Below the pieces are notes generated by a model, which made no database searches, was not told where the DNA came from, and worked only from the letters and a program-made list of their open reading frames with translations. Shown in pieces: positions 25,001 to 37,386 of a stretch of DNA of 64,000 nt (position 1 is the first letter of the stretch; the number at the start of each line of letters is the position of its first letter). The DNA lies in assembly GCF_006345805.1 (NCBI RefSeq), contig NC_043007.1, forward strand, positions 12,152,001-12,216,000, in the 5' to 3' direction. The stretch is from Octopus sinensis. Lineage: Eukaryota. The position numbers and the translations under genes were made by a program.

Positions 25001-25198
25001 TTACTCTTTTACTCTTTTATTTGTTTCAGTCATTTGACTGTGGCCATGCTGGAGCACCGCCTTTAGTCGAGCAAATCGACCCCGGGACTTATTCTTTGTA
25101 AGCCCAGTACTTATTCTATCGGTCTCTTTTGCCTAACCGCTAAGTGACGGGGATGTAAACACACCAGCATCGGTTGTCAAGCAATGCTACGGGGGCAA

Positions 25199-25235
<37 letters not shown>

Positions 25236-25396
25236 CGACAGGCTTCTTTCAGTTTCCGCCTACCAAATCCACTCACAAGGCATTGGTCGGCCCGGGGCTA
25301 GAGCAGAAGACACTTGCCCAAGATGCCATGCAGTGGGACTGAACCCGGAACCATGTGGTTGGTTAGCAAGCTACTTACCACACAGCCACTCCTGTA
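25001..25396 (-). mobile_element. SINE family A, full length
   Basis: Reverse complement of the family A pattern. Confidence 0.9.
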
Positions 25397-25483
25397 CAAT
25401 AATAATATTGTTGGCTAACAGAGCTGTCATTGAGACACTTGTACCAGAATATCTTTATCTGGTGTGAGTATGTATATAAGCAA

Positions 25484-26665
25484 GGCGGCGAGCTGGCAGA
25501 AATGTTAGCACGCCGGGTGAAATGTGTAGCCGTATTTCGTCAGCTGTTACGTTCTGAGTTCAAATTCCGCCGAGGTCGACTTTGCCTTTCATCCTTTCAG
25601 GGTCGATTAAATAAGTACCAGTTACGCACTGGGGTCGATATAATCAACTTAATCCGTCTGTCTGTCTGTCTTTGTTTGTCCCCTCTATGTTTAGCTCTTT
25701 GTGGGTAGTAAAGAAATAGGTATTTCGTCTGCCGCTACGTTCTGAGTTCAAATTCCGCTGAGGTTGACTTTGCCTTTCATCCTTTCAGGATCGATTAAAT
25801 AAGTACCTGTTACGCACTGGGGTCGATATAATCAACTTAATCCGTCTGTCCTTGTTTGTCCCCTCTATGTTTAGCCCCTTGTGGGTAGTAAAGAAATAGG
25901 TATTTCGTCTGCCGTTACGTTCTGAGTTCAAATTCCGCTGAGGTCGACTTTGCCTTTCAACCTTTCAGGGTCGATTAAATAAGTACCTGTTACGCACTGG
26001 GGTCGATATAATCAACTTAATCCGTCTGTCTGTCTGTCTGTCCTTGTTTGTCCCCTCTATGTTTAGCTCTTTGTGGGTAGTAAAGAAATAGGTATTTCGT
26101 CTGCCGCTACGTTCTGAGTTCAAATTCCGCCGAGGTCGACTTTGCCTTTCATCTTTTCAGGGTCGATTAAATAAGTACCAGTTACGCACTGGGGTCGATA
26201 TAATCAACTTAATCCGTCTGTCTGTCTGTCCTTGTTTGTCCCCTCTATGTTCAGCCCCTTGTGGGTAGTAATGAAATAGGTATTTCGTCTGCCGCTACGT
26301 TCTGAGTTCAAATTCCGCCGAGGTCGACTTTGCCTTTCATCCTTTCAGGGTTGATTAAATAAGTACCAGTTACGCACTGGGGTTGATATAATCGATTTAA
26401 TCCGTTTATCTGTCCTTGTTTGTCCCCTCTGTGTGTAGCCCCTAGTAGGCAATAAAGAAATAAGAAATGTTAGCATGCCAGGCAGGATGCTTAGCAATAT
26501 TTTGTCTGTTTTTACGTTCTGAGTTCAAATTTCATCAAGGTCAACTTCACCTTTCATCTTTTTGGGGGTCAATAAATCAAGTACCAGTTGCGTACTGGGG
26601 CCGATCTAATCAACTGGACCCCTTCCCCAAAATTTCGGGCCTTGTACCTATAGGAGAAAAGAATA
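25484..26665 (+). repeat. Head-to-tail array of SINE family B (one head, five 180-192 bp units, one short-tail unit)
   Basis: Units start at gtatttcgtc 25532, 25720, 25900, 26092 and 26280; sixth variant unit 26463-26665. Confidence 0.92.
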
Positions 26666-26702
26666 TGTGTATAATTGGCTTGTGGCCATTTTTTATCTTT
26701 CG

Positions 26703-27072
26703 TCTTGTATTTGTTTCAGTCATTAGGGTGTGGCCACGCTGGGGCTCCACCATGAAAAATTTTTAGTCGAATGACTCAACCTCAGTAGTTTTTTTTTTCT
26801 TATGCCAAATACTTATTCTATCAGTCTCTATTGCAGAACTTTCAAGTTACAGGGACATACATACACCAACACTGGTTGTAAAGCAGTGGTGGGAGACAAA
26901 CACAGACACAAAAAAACATACACAGATATATAGATATATATGTCTATTCACAAGGCTTTGGTCAGCCCAAGGCTATAGTATAAGACACTTGCCCAAGGTG
27001 CCACACAATGGGACAGAACCTAAAACTATGTGGTTTAGAAGCAAACTTCTTATCACAGAGCCATGCCTGCAC

Positions 27073-27073
<1 letters not shown>
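26703..27073 (-). mobile_element. SINE family A, diverged
   Basis: Diverged but colinear with family A. Confidence 0.7.
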
Positions 27074-27074
<1 letters not shown>

Positions 27075-27130
<56 letters not shown>

Positions 27131-27332
27131 ATATATACATACATATACATACACACACACACATATACATACACACACATATACATACACATACATACAC
27201 ACACACATATATATGTATGTATATATATATATACATATATGCATATACACACACACATATATGTATGTGTGTGTATATATACATATACATACACACGTAT
27301 ACATACACACACGCTCACACACATATATATAT
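27075..27332. repeat. (TA)n/(CA)n compound microsatellite
   Basis: Direct inspection. Confidence 0.9.
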
Positions 27333-27788
27333 AGGTGCATGTTCAATGTCCAGTTAGCCATGCCAAATTGCCAGTGTCCAAACATCTGTACCCAGTCAAT
27401 ATGAATTAATTAAATCTTTCAACACTGGCTGCAATCAATAATTTCTCTTCATTTATTTGCAAATATCACCGTTGATGTACTTTTACTGTTTATATTTCTC
27501 TTAAGAATCAGTATTTATTATGTGGAGCACGATCGCTAGCAAAGAAGTGTTGTAGTTCATAACACTATGATTCTGACTTCTTCCAATGGCATTCATTATC
27601 TGACATTATTAGTGCGGTCCTTTCCGAGTCCAAATTCTGCTCTGGTAGACTTTGCCTTTCATCCTTTCAGGGCTCATAAAATAAGTACCATTTGGGCACT
27701 GGTGTCAATAAAACTGACCCAATCAACAAAATGGCCTTCTTGTGAAATTAACATGCAAGTGGCTGAGTACTTCACATACATGAGTACT

Positions 27789-28015
27789 TATTTCTTTACT
27801 ACCCACAAAGGGCTAAACACAGAGGGGACAAAGAAGGACAGAGAAACGGATTAAGTCAATTACATCGACACAAGTGCATAACTGGTACTTATTTAATTGG
27901 CCCTGAAAGGATGACAGGCAAAGTCGACCTCTGTGGAATTTGAACTCAGAACCTAAAGACAGACAAAATACTGCTAAGTATTTTGCCCGGCGTGCTAACG
28001 ATTCTGCCAGCTCGC
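27789..28015 (-). mobile_element. SINE family B, long form
   Basis: Colinear with other B copies. Confidence 0.8.
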
Positions 28016-28350
28016 AGACATGAGTACCCTTAACATAGTTCTCAAGGAGATTCAGCATGACACAGAATGTGATAAAGATGATCCTTTGAAATACAGGTAC
28101 AACTCATTTTTATCCAACTGAATGAACTGATACAATGCGAAATAAAGTGTCTTGCTCAAGGACACAACACATCGCCGGGAATCAAACACATGACCATGAG
28201 TTGAGTAACCTAACCACTAAACCATGCGCCTTCACACCTTCCCTAAAATTTTGGACCAAAATTTGAAACCATTACTAGTGTGACCTTTAAGCGCAGATAG
28301 ATGCATATAGCACACACACGTCAGAAATGCATATAAAGTCATCATTATAA

Positions 28351-28890
28351 TCATCATCATTTAACGTCCGCTTTCCATGCTAGCAAGGGTTGGACGATTT
28401 GACTGAGGGCTGGCAAACCAGATGGCTGCACCAGGCTCCAATCTGATCTGGCAGAGTTTCTACAGCTGGATGCCCTTCCTAATGCCAACCACTCTGAGAG
28501 TGTAGTGGGTGCTTTTATGTGCCACCGGCACGAGGGCCAGTCAGGCGGCACTAGCAACTGCCACGCTCAAATGGTGTTTTTATGTGCCACCTGCACAGGA
28601 GCCAGTCCAGCGGCACTGGCAATGACCTCGCACAAATGTTTTTCACATGCTACTGGTACAAGTAACAGTAAAGCGACACTGATAACGATCACACTTGAAT
28701 GGTACTTTTTATGTGCCACCAGTACGGAAGCCAGTCCAGAGGCACTGGCAACGACCTTACTCGAATGTTTTTCACGTGCCACTGGCACAGGTGCCAGTAA
28801 GGCAACGCTGGTAACGATCACGCTTGAATGGTATATATTACGTTCCACCGTAAAAAGCACTATTCGAGCATGATCGTTACCAGCGTCGCC
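28351..28890 (-). mobile_element. Repeat family C with five ~63-bp internal repeats and a terminal hairpin
   Basis: gtgccac..gcac units at about 28520, 28583, 28646, 28712 and 28776; inverted pair 28801-28831 / 28860-28890. Confidence 0.85.
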
Positions 28891-28972
28891 ATGTGATAAA
28901 CCGATGTAATGTGTCTCATGACCGAAATTAAGGCATTACATGAAAAAAAGAAAACAGCATCATTTAAATAAT

Positions 28973-29358
28973 GTGGAAGCACTCCGTCGGTTACGACGAC
29001 GAGGGTTCCGGTTGATCCGAATCAACGGAACAGCCTGCTCATGAAATTAACATGTAAGTGGCTGAGCACTCCACAGACACGTGTACCCTTAACGTCGTTT
29101 TCGGGGATATTCAGCGTGACACAGAGAGTGACAAGGCCGGCCCTTTGAAATACACGTACAACAGAAACAGGAAGTAAGAGTGAGAGAAATTTGTGGTGAA
29201 AGAGTACAGCAGGGAACCCCACCATCCCCTGCCGGAGCCTCGTGGAGCTTTAGGTGTTTTCGCTCAATAGACACTCACAACGCCCGGTCTGGGAATCGAA
29301 ACCGCGATCTTATGACCGCGAGTCCGCTGCCCTAACCACTGGGCCATTGCACCTCCAC
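28973..29358 (-). mobile_element. SINE family D, full length with TSD
   Basis: Reverse complement of 54546-54936; TSD catttaaataat at 28961-28972 and 29359-29370; 48 bp from the BRSK donor at 29407. Confidence 0.9.
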
Positions 29359-29406
29359 CATTTAAATAATATTTGCAACAAAAAGGCAGTAATCGAAGAC
29401 ATTTAC

Positions 29407-29507
29407 CTGCATCGTTCCGACTTCTGATTTCAATGTCATCTTCTATGCTAGGGTTTCTAAGTTTTCTATCTAACAGCAAAAAATATACAACTTTCTCCGT
29501 ATTGTGT
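29407..29507 (-). CDS. BRSK1/2: BRSK/SAD kinase exon (UBA domain, second part)
   Basis: ttcttccttttag|A CAC...GCA G|gtaaat; 101 nt, phase 2/1; HNTEKVVYFLLLDRKLRNPSIEDDIEIRSRNDA matches the recalled NQEKMIYFLLLDRKERYPS. Confidence 0.96.
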
Positions 29508-30061
29508 CTAAAAGGAAGAAAAAAAGCATTCAGAAATTAGATCACATGGTATGCAGTTGAAAATTAAACATCATTTATAGCCAGTAGGGGTCTGATTGGA
29601 TCAGTGCCTTCTTGATAAAAAAAACAACAAAAAACCCTGCTTTGTGCAGCACTATACTGCCATGTGAATTTTTTTTTAAACTTCTGCTGAAATCCTTAAA
29701 ACAACTGTTGCTGGACAATTCTTCTTCTCTTTGGATATGATACTTTGCTATTGGGTGTGTCTGGAGATGCATTACCACCACCTTTAGATTCACCTTCTCT
29801 GTTACCGGTTGGACAAGATGTCATGATACAAGGTATTTCTAAATTGAAATCTACTGTTCTCATAGACTGGTGATTGTGCACTTCGTCCTGGTTTGGTTTC
29901 TACAGCTGGTAACTTTTCCTATCATCAACCACTTTACATTTTCTCATGACATTAGCACTAGAAAGGGTGATAGATCCTTGACAAGGCACCTTGTAACCCC
30001 CTATACATAAATTAGTACAGCACAACACAATTAATATAAGACATCTAGAAAACAATTAAAA

Positions 30062-30712
30062 GAGAGTCATTTTCTTTTTGTGCCTTATAATTTAACACAC
30101 TCATCGGTAAAATTTCCACTTATTTCTTATTTTTATTTTCCTAAAATTTTTTTTTCCTAAAATCTCAAGACCATTGAAATGGTTGCAATATGCAACAAAA
30201 ATTTTAGGAAAATAAAAATAAGAAATAAGTGGAAATTTTACCGGTGAGAGTGTTACATTATAAGGCACAAAAAGAAAAGGACTCTCCTCAGACACAACAG
30301 AATAATTTAACACACTCACTGGTAAAATTTCCACTTATTTCTTTTTTTTTTTCCTAAAATTTCCTAAAATTTCAAGACTATTGAAAAAGGTTTGCAAGAT
30401 GCAATGAAAATTTTAGGAAAATAAAAATAAGAAATAAGTGGAAATTTTACCGGTGAGAGTGTTACATTATAAGGCACAAAAAGAAAAGGACTCTCCTCAG
30501 ACACAACAGAATAATTTAACACACTCACTGGTAAAATTTCCACTTATTTCTTATTTTTATTTTCCTAATATTTCAAGACTATTGAAAAGGTTGCAAGACG
30601 CAATGAAAATTTTAGGAAACTAAAAATAAGAAATAAGTGGAAATTTTACTGGTGAGTGTGTTACATTGTAAGGCACAAAAAGAAAATGACTCTCCCCAGA
30701 CACAACAGAATA
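30062..30712. repeat. Three tandem copies of a palindromic (foldback) element
   Basis: Each unit has taatttaacacactca.cggtaaaatttccacttatttc... and its reverse complement; separated by ctctcctcagacacaacagaa. Confidence 0.9.
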
Positions 30713-30791
30713 TGCTTCAACACATGAACTCATATAAAGAATCTTGCAAACCAAATCCAAAAACGAAATTAAAAGAGAGAGTGTTACTCAC

Positions 30792-30904
30792 TTTGAGCTT
30801 AATAATTCCTGTACAAGTTTTTCTTTATCTTTAAAGCACTGTAAAGAATTCATAGTTGACAAAACATCGGGGTCTAGATCTTCTACGGAGGGAATAATGG
30901 AAGT
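30792..30904 (-). CDS. BRSK1/2: BRSK/SAD kinase exon (UBA domain, first part)
   Basis: tttctccatag|ACT...TCA AA|gtgagt; 113 nt, phase 0/2; [37 protein letters not shown] matches the recalled BRSK2 [32 protein letters not shown]. Confidence 0.96.
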
Positions 30905-32469
30905 CTATGGAGAAATATAGAAAGTTGCAGGTTTATGAGAAAAGATCTGTGCTTAATTATGATATATTTATGTTTAATTACATTAAATACTGAAAAATTA
31001 TTTACAAAAATATGGGAGAAGAAAATATCCAGGAATATACAGCATTGTTGGTGTGTGTGTGAGTGTGTGTATGCACATTTGTATGTGTGAATGCGTTTGT
31101 GTGTGCATGTGTATGTGTGTGAGTGCATGCATGTGTCTATGTGCATGCATATACAAGTATGTGTGTGTGTGTTGTGTGTGCTTGCAAATGAGTGAGTGTG
31201 GTCATGCACATGTGTGTGAGTGTGTGATTGTATGTGTCTGTTTGAGTGTGTATATACACATGTGATCATGTGTATATACGTGTGTGCATGTACCTGGTGT
31301 TATATATTACAGGACACAAATTCTTTCTTTACAGCTGTTTCAAAAATTTGGTGAATGGTTGATAGTATGCAAAGAGATGTACATAATGAGGCAATATTAC
31401 ACAAAGCATATAAGCAAAATATTATCAACTAGCATAAAGTTCACTATGTGAATGTCTTCATATGGGAATCTCCAAATATTCCCGCTGTCTCATCGTTTGT
31501 CCAGCATTGTGTCTTTATTACTTTCTCAAGCCTTGTGTTTCTTGCAGCCAACTCCTGTTCTGCTGAACTACTTTACCACGAGTAAGAAGTTGGAATTTAA
31601 GCAGGGTTCTATGGGTGTTTTTCGAGGTTTCGTTTGTTGTTTTTGAAATTTGAAAAAAAATTTACCTCTTTTCAAACATAACAACGGAATGTCAAGAAGA
31701 AGCAAAAAGAAAAACCTATGAATTTAAGACTTTAATCAGTCCAAGCACTAATTTTGTGCTTATCTATCATTCTACACCTGCACTAGCATCTCCACATCCA
31801 AAATATACATACATGCATACATACATACATAGAGACGTGTGTGAATACATACAGACACACTATATTAACCCGTATACAATGTGCCCTTCCCCTTGCCTCT
31901 TAGTATAATGTGTAATTGCTTTTTAATAAAAGGAAAGAAAAATAGATGTGTCCTCATATAAAATGTGGCTTGGCTATTTACTACGTATAATAAATAAAAG
32001 CAATTAAAAGTTTTTGTCAAATTATGATTTTTATTTTAATCAATATCGTTGCATTATCCATTGATATCAGACTCTGATTCAATATCGTTTTCCACCAATT
32101 GTTCACTTACATTTGTTTCATTATCATCAATTTCTTCTAGCCATACGAACATTGTCTTCCAATCCATTAAGTGCATTTGCGATAAAAAATTTTTTTTGTT
32201 TTTGTATCGTTTTAAAAGTTCAAGCTATTGTACGAGAATCAATAGCGTCACCAAAACAACTTGTTGCAGTCAAAGCTTTTTAGTTTTGTCTGAAGTAGTT
32301 AAGTCGTTGTCATGATTAACCGTGTCTTTGAGAACACAACACTTCCAGGCTTTGTTCAAAGTGTTTATTAAAGCAGACGCTTAATGACCCTAAGTAAAAT
32401 TGTAGTTGACTAACTGGGGATGAATACTACATTATTGTGCTGCAGGGCACCGTTTTCTTGCTTTATCTG

Positions 32470-32660
32470 TACAATGTCCATCTTGCACAACTGAAGGACA
32501 ACACATGGGCAATCAGGGTGACAGAATGGACACCAAGATCAAAAGACAACCAAAGACAAGATAACAAGATGATCTCACCCACTTCCTGGGGCCTACATGG
32601 CCATGACTGACCAGAGACAGACAGCAGTGCAAGGAACCCAAGGAGGGATTCCTCCTTCAG
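32470..32660 (+). mobile_element. RTE-clade LINE C-terminal remnant
   Basis: Translates approximately HLAQLKDNTWAIRVTEWTPR...RDRQQCKEPKEGF, like RTE C-termini. Confidence 0.55.
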
Positions 32661-33112
32661 AGGTGATGAAGACTTGGCTGAGGATGAGGTGAAATGGCAC
32701 AGGATGTGATTGTGTGGTTAAGAAGGTTGTTTCCCAACCATGTGATTTTGAGTTCAGTCCTGTTGCACAACACCTTAGGCAAGTTTCTTCTACTACAGCC
32801 ATGGGTTGTAAGTGGATTTGGGTGACAGAAATCAAACAAAGATATTGTGTGTATGTGTGTCTTTGTTTCGATAGTTATAAACAAGTGTTGCTGTCATACA
32901 AGGGGTCCCTTGTTTCCAGTCTTCCATGAAAATATGTCCGGCCTTGGGGAAATACTAGCATAGTTGAAAACAGGTGAGACTTAGCAACAGGAAGAGCATC
33001 TCGTCATAAAAAGTTTGCCTAAACAAATTCTGTCTGACCCATGCCAGCATGGAAAAGTAGACATTAGAAGGAAGATGGTGATTTGGGGTGGGCATGAAAA
33101 GATTCAATATAT

Positions 33113-33342
33113 ATTTCTTTACTACCCACAAGGGGCTAAACACAGAGGGGACAAACAAGGACAGACAAACGGATTAAGTCGGTTACATCGACCACAGTGC
33201 ATAACTGGTACTTAATTTATCGACCCTGAAAGGATGAAAGGCAACGTCGACCTCGGCAGAATTTGAACTCAGAACGTAGCGACTGACGAAATACCGCTAA
33301 GCATTTCGCCCAGCGCGCTAACGTTTCTGCCAGCTCGCCACC
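33113..33342 (-). mobile_element. SINE family B, long form
   Basis: Colinear with other B copies. Confidence 0.85.
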
Positions 33343-33785
33343 TTCAAGCATGAAAAGATTCAATATAACCAATGATTTTAGTTTTTTCAAAGCACCAGAA
33401 CCACAATACCAAACTAAATGAATTCACAGCTCAGCCATATTATTTATGCAAAATCCAGTCTTTCTAATTTGCATATTGTCTTTAGAGATGTCTTATGTCT
33501 CAATATAACATAAGCAGACAGTTTACCATGGTGAGCAATTATAAATAAGCATTGCTCTTTCAATGCTGTTTTTCATTGCTATCTGTATAAACAGATAGAA
33601 TTTAAGCATTGGCTGGTGACATTTCAAAATAAACTGGTGTTTGATCAGCATTCTCAATTTGCTTAAGTAAATATTGTTTCTTTTTCAATCACTAACCAAT
33701 GATGAAGCATTGAAATTTAAGTCTGTCTTCTTAGTCTTCAAGCATACAATGACATACAAAGGTTCTACGATGTAGACAGATACAT

Positions 33786-34222
33786 AGGCGCAGGAGTGGC
33801 TGTGTGGTAAGTAGCTTGCTAACCAACCACATGGTTCCGGGTTCAGTCCCACTGCGTGGCATCTTGGGCAAGTGTCTTCTGCTATAGCCCCGGGTCGACC
33901 AATGCCTTGTGAGTGGATTTGGTAGACGGAAACTGAAAGAAGCCTGTCGTATATATGTATGTATGTATATATATATATATATATATATAAGTGTGTGTGT
34001 ATATGCTTGTGTGTCTGTGTTTGTCCCCCTAGCATTGCTTGACAACCGATGCTGGTGTGTTTACGTCCCCGTCACTTAGCAGTTCAGCAAAAGAGACCGA
34101 TAGAATAAGCACCAGGCTAACAAAGAATAAATCCTGGGGTCGATTTGCTCGACTAAAGGCGGTGCTCCAGCATGGTCACAGTCAAATGACTGAAACAAGT
34201 AAAAGAGTAAAAGAGTAAAGAG
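33786..34222 (+). mobile_element. SINE family A, full length
   Basis: Complete head, body and tail. Confidence 0.9.
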
Positions 34223-34363
34223 TATACTGAGTCGTGAGATAAATTTGTTTCTTTTAATTTTTTCTATTTATTTTAATTCTTTAACACTATTATTTGAACA
34301 ATTGCAGCATGGAAGGTGTTTATAAGCCATTTAAGAAACACACAAAAACTGTTAGATTCACTT

Positions 34364-34685
34364 CATCATCATCATCATCGTTTAACGTCCGTTTTCCATG
34401 CTGGCATGAGTTGGATGGTTCGACCAGGGTCTGGGAAGCCAGGAGGCTGCACCAGGCTCCAGTCTGATCTGGCAGTGTTTCTACAGCTGGATGCCCTTCC
34501 TAACACCAGCCACTCCGTGAGTGTAGTGGGTACTTTTTACATGCCACCGGCACAGGTGCCAGGGGAGGCTGGCAGCGGTCACGATCAGTTGGTGCTTTTT
34601 ACGTGCCACCGGCACGGAAGCCAGTCAAGGCGGCACTGGCATCGGCCACATTCGGATGGTGCTTTTTACGTGCCACCGGTACAGG
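34364..34685 (-). mobile_element. Repeat family C
   Basis: Colinear with other C copies. Confidence 0.85.
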
Positions 34686-34851
34686 GATCACAACTACAAT
34701 TTCTATTGATTTTTGATGTTGATATACTTGACTCAATAGGTCTCCTCAAGCACAGGGTTGAAACAGTGTTTCTTTACTTGCCACCTGCACTGTAGTTCAC
34801 AAACAAATACATAACTTTGGAATAAACAAATTGGTTGGAAAGACATCTTAC

Positions 34852-34903
34852 CTGGACTACTTGGGCCACTGGCAACTCTAATTCTATTTGACCTTGAACA
34901 TCT
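34852..34903 (-). CDS. BRSK1/2: BRSK/SAD kinase exon (kinase-UBA linker), most 5' exon in window
   Basis: ttatattttcag|A GAT...GTC CAG|gtaaga; 52 nt, phase 2/0; DVQGQIELELPVAQVVQ resembles the SAD-1 ELELPM.QVVQ linker and joins in frame to 30904. Confidence 0.93.
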
Positions 34904-35590
34904 CTGAAAATATAACAGAAACCATTTTTACTTTCATTTCATATTAATAAATGACATTTATAATTACATCCCTTTGTATCGTAAGAAATGTCTGCTTAGA
35001 ATTGACACAGTATGAAGATTTATTTAATAATCCACAGACTTCCTTCCAACATGATATTAATTATAATAATGTTCGTCAAGTGGAAAATTTTAAAATGCTA
35101 ATTGACAACATTAGAAGTGAAAAGATTATCATTTACAAATGGTAATATTCAGCGAAAAGTAAAATTATAATTGCATCTAATGAAGGATAAATTAGCGTTA
35201 CTTTTAGGGTACATTAGCAATTAGTAGTTAATAACTGCCAACTAACAAACATGCAATTAAATTTCTTTTTTTTTTTTTTTTCACTCTCAGATTTTAGACT
35301 TATATTTCTCAATTAGCTCTCCTCTGGTTACCAGCTTTGATGTCAAAAGTAGATTGAAAATATAACTGAGTTATTGCTGAGCACCTGAATATACTCAATG
35401 AATAATACTCAACAGCTACTGACAACGATTAGCTCCTTACATGTTGGGCATAACTACAATCTTAGTTTTGAGCCTGTTCCACAACTAAACTTTCTTTACT
35501 AAAACCACACAACAAACTACTTTCATTATTAAAGACACTGCGACTATTTTTAAATAATCAAAGTAAATTTCTTTGTTACTCTCTCTCTCT

Positions 35591-35808
35591 CTCTTTTACT
35601 TGTTTCAGTCATGTGACTGTGGCCATGCTGGAGCACCGCCTTTAGTCGATCAATTCGACCCCCAGGACTTATTCTTTGTAAACCTAGTACTTATTTTATC
35701 GGTCCCTTTTTTGCCAAACCGCTAAGTTACGGGGATGTAAACACACCAGCATCGGTTGTCAAGCGATGTTGGGGGGACAAACACAGACACACAAACACAC
35801 ACACACAC

Positions 35809-35855
<47 letters not shown>

Positions 35856-36018
35856 ACGGGCTTCTTTCAGTTTCCGTCTACCAAATCCACTCACAAGGCT
35901 TTGGTCGGCCCGAGGCTATAGTAGAAGACACTTGCCCAAGATGCCACGCAGTGGGACTGAACCCGGAACCATGTGGTTCGTAAGCAAGCTACTTACCACA
36001 CAGCCACTCCTACGCCTA
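35591..36018 (-). mobile_element. SINE family A, full length
   Basis: Reverse complement of 33786-34222. Confidence 0.9.
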
Positions 36019-36404
36019 TTGAACACTTTTCCAACAACATTTAGTTAAAAATTCTTATATAATCAATATTCTATGCTTCAATAGATACAACTTTTGTTTT
36101 TTTTTACAAGTTACATAAAATATAAATTTTTGACATGGTATTTCAAATAAACTCACATCATTTTTCTGTATAGGTTTCAGTCATAAGTGTACATCGTTTA
36201 CAAGCTGATCAATGTAAACTATAAGCTAATGTTCAAAAGGACCCCCGTTATATTATTATTATTATTATTATTATTGAATAAGAGAGCAGTGCATGCCATC
36301 AAAGTGACACTGGGGTAAAATATACAAAGCCCAGTATACCCATCATGACTACCTGTCTGATAAGGGTACATTAGGTACATGCATCACAAACATATGTGAC
36401 AGAA

Positions 36405-36605
36405 TTTTTAGCACACTGGGCAAAATGCTTATACGTATTTCACCCTTCTTCATGTTTTGAGTTCAAATTCAGCTGAGGCCGACTTTGCCTTTCATCCTTT
36501 TAAGGTGGAAAAATTAAGTACCAGTGAAACACTAAGGTCGATTTAATCAACTAGTCCCCTTCCCCAAGATTTCAGACCCTCTGTGTTTATCAGAAAGGAT
36601 TATTA
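36405..36605 (+). mobile_element. SINE family B, short form
   Basis: gagttcaaattcagctgaggccgactttgcc...cagaaaggattattattatt. Confidence 0.7.
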
Positions 36606-36953
36606 TTATTGTCATCATCATCATCATCTCTATAAATTCCAAGAGTAAAAAATATATATCACAACACACACACACACATGTATATATCAAAAGTCCTTCT
36701 CAAGCCTTAGACTCTTAAGGCCAGATTCCGAGGTTCTGTGATCTTTACATTTTCTCCTTCTTTGTACAGGACACTGGTCTGTCGCAGGATGACTCACTTT
36801 TGCCAGCTGAGTGGACTGGATCAGCGTTTCAGAACTCAATGCATAGCTTGGTTCTTTTATTCTCTGAGCATCTTATAATAATTTGCATGTACCACATCCT
36901 CACGTTGTTGTTGATTTTTTCTTGTCTTTTTTCTTTGTTTTTTTTTTATTAGT

Positions 36954-36984
<31 letters not shown>

Positions 36985-37009
36985 TGTGGCATCACATAAA
37001 AGTGCCTTT

Positions 37010-37190
37010 TCAGTTCCACGTAAAAACACCCCCACACACTCTGTAAAGTGGTGGACATTAGGAAGGGCATCCAGTCATAGAAACCATGCCAAATCAGATT
37101 GGAATCTGGTGCTGCTCAGGTCAAACTGTCCAACCCATGCCAGCATGGACAATGGGTGTTAAATGACGATGATGATGATGTTGATGATGA
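37010..37190 (+). mobile_element. Repeat family C
   Basis: Core plus gatgatgat tail. Confidence 0.8.
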
Positions 37191-37349
37191 TACATATATA
37201 AGTATATATATGTGTGTGTATACATATATAAGTATATATATGTGTGTGTATACATATATATAAACGCTTTTCCCTAATTTAGCTGTATGATCTAGTGAAA
37301 ATTAAAAAGACAAAATGAATAAGGGAAAACAAACAAGAGGGGAGAGAAA

Positions 37350-37386
<37 letters not shown>

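Noticed and set aside
25484-26665. Array as a CRISPR or tRNA gene cluster
   Set aside because: Units are whole SINE bodies without spacers; only a B-box is present, with no cloverleaf.
29696-29881. 61-aa minus ORF ending KRRRIVQQQLF as a BRSK exon
   Set aside because: The only nearby acceptor puts it out of frame with the phase-2 intron; only the 33-nt sub-segment is kept as a candidate.
32040-32330. Acidic minus-strand stretch (WLEEIDDNETNVSEQLVENDIESESD) as a transposase N-terminus or exon
   Set aside because: Surrounded by stops, with no recognisable catalytic motif or termini.
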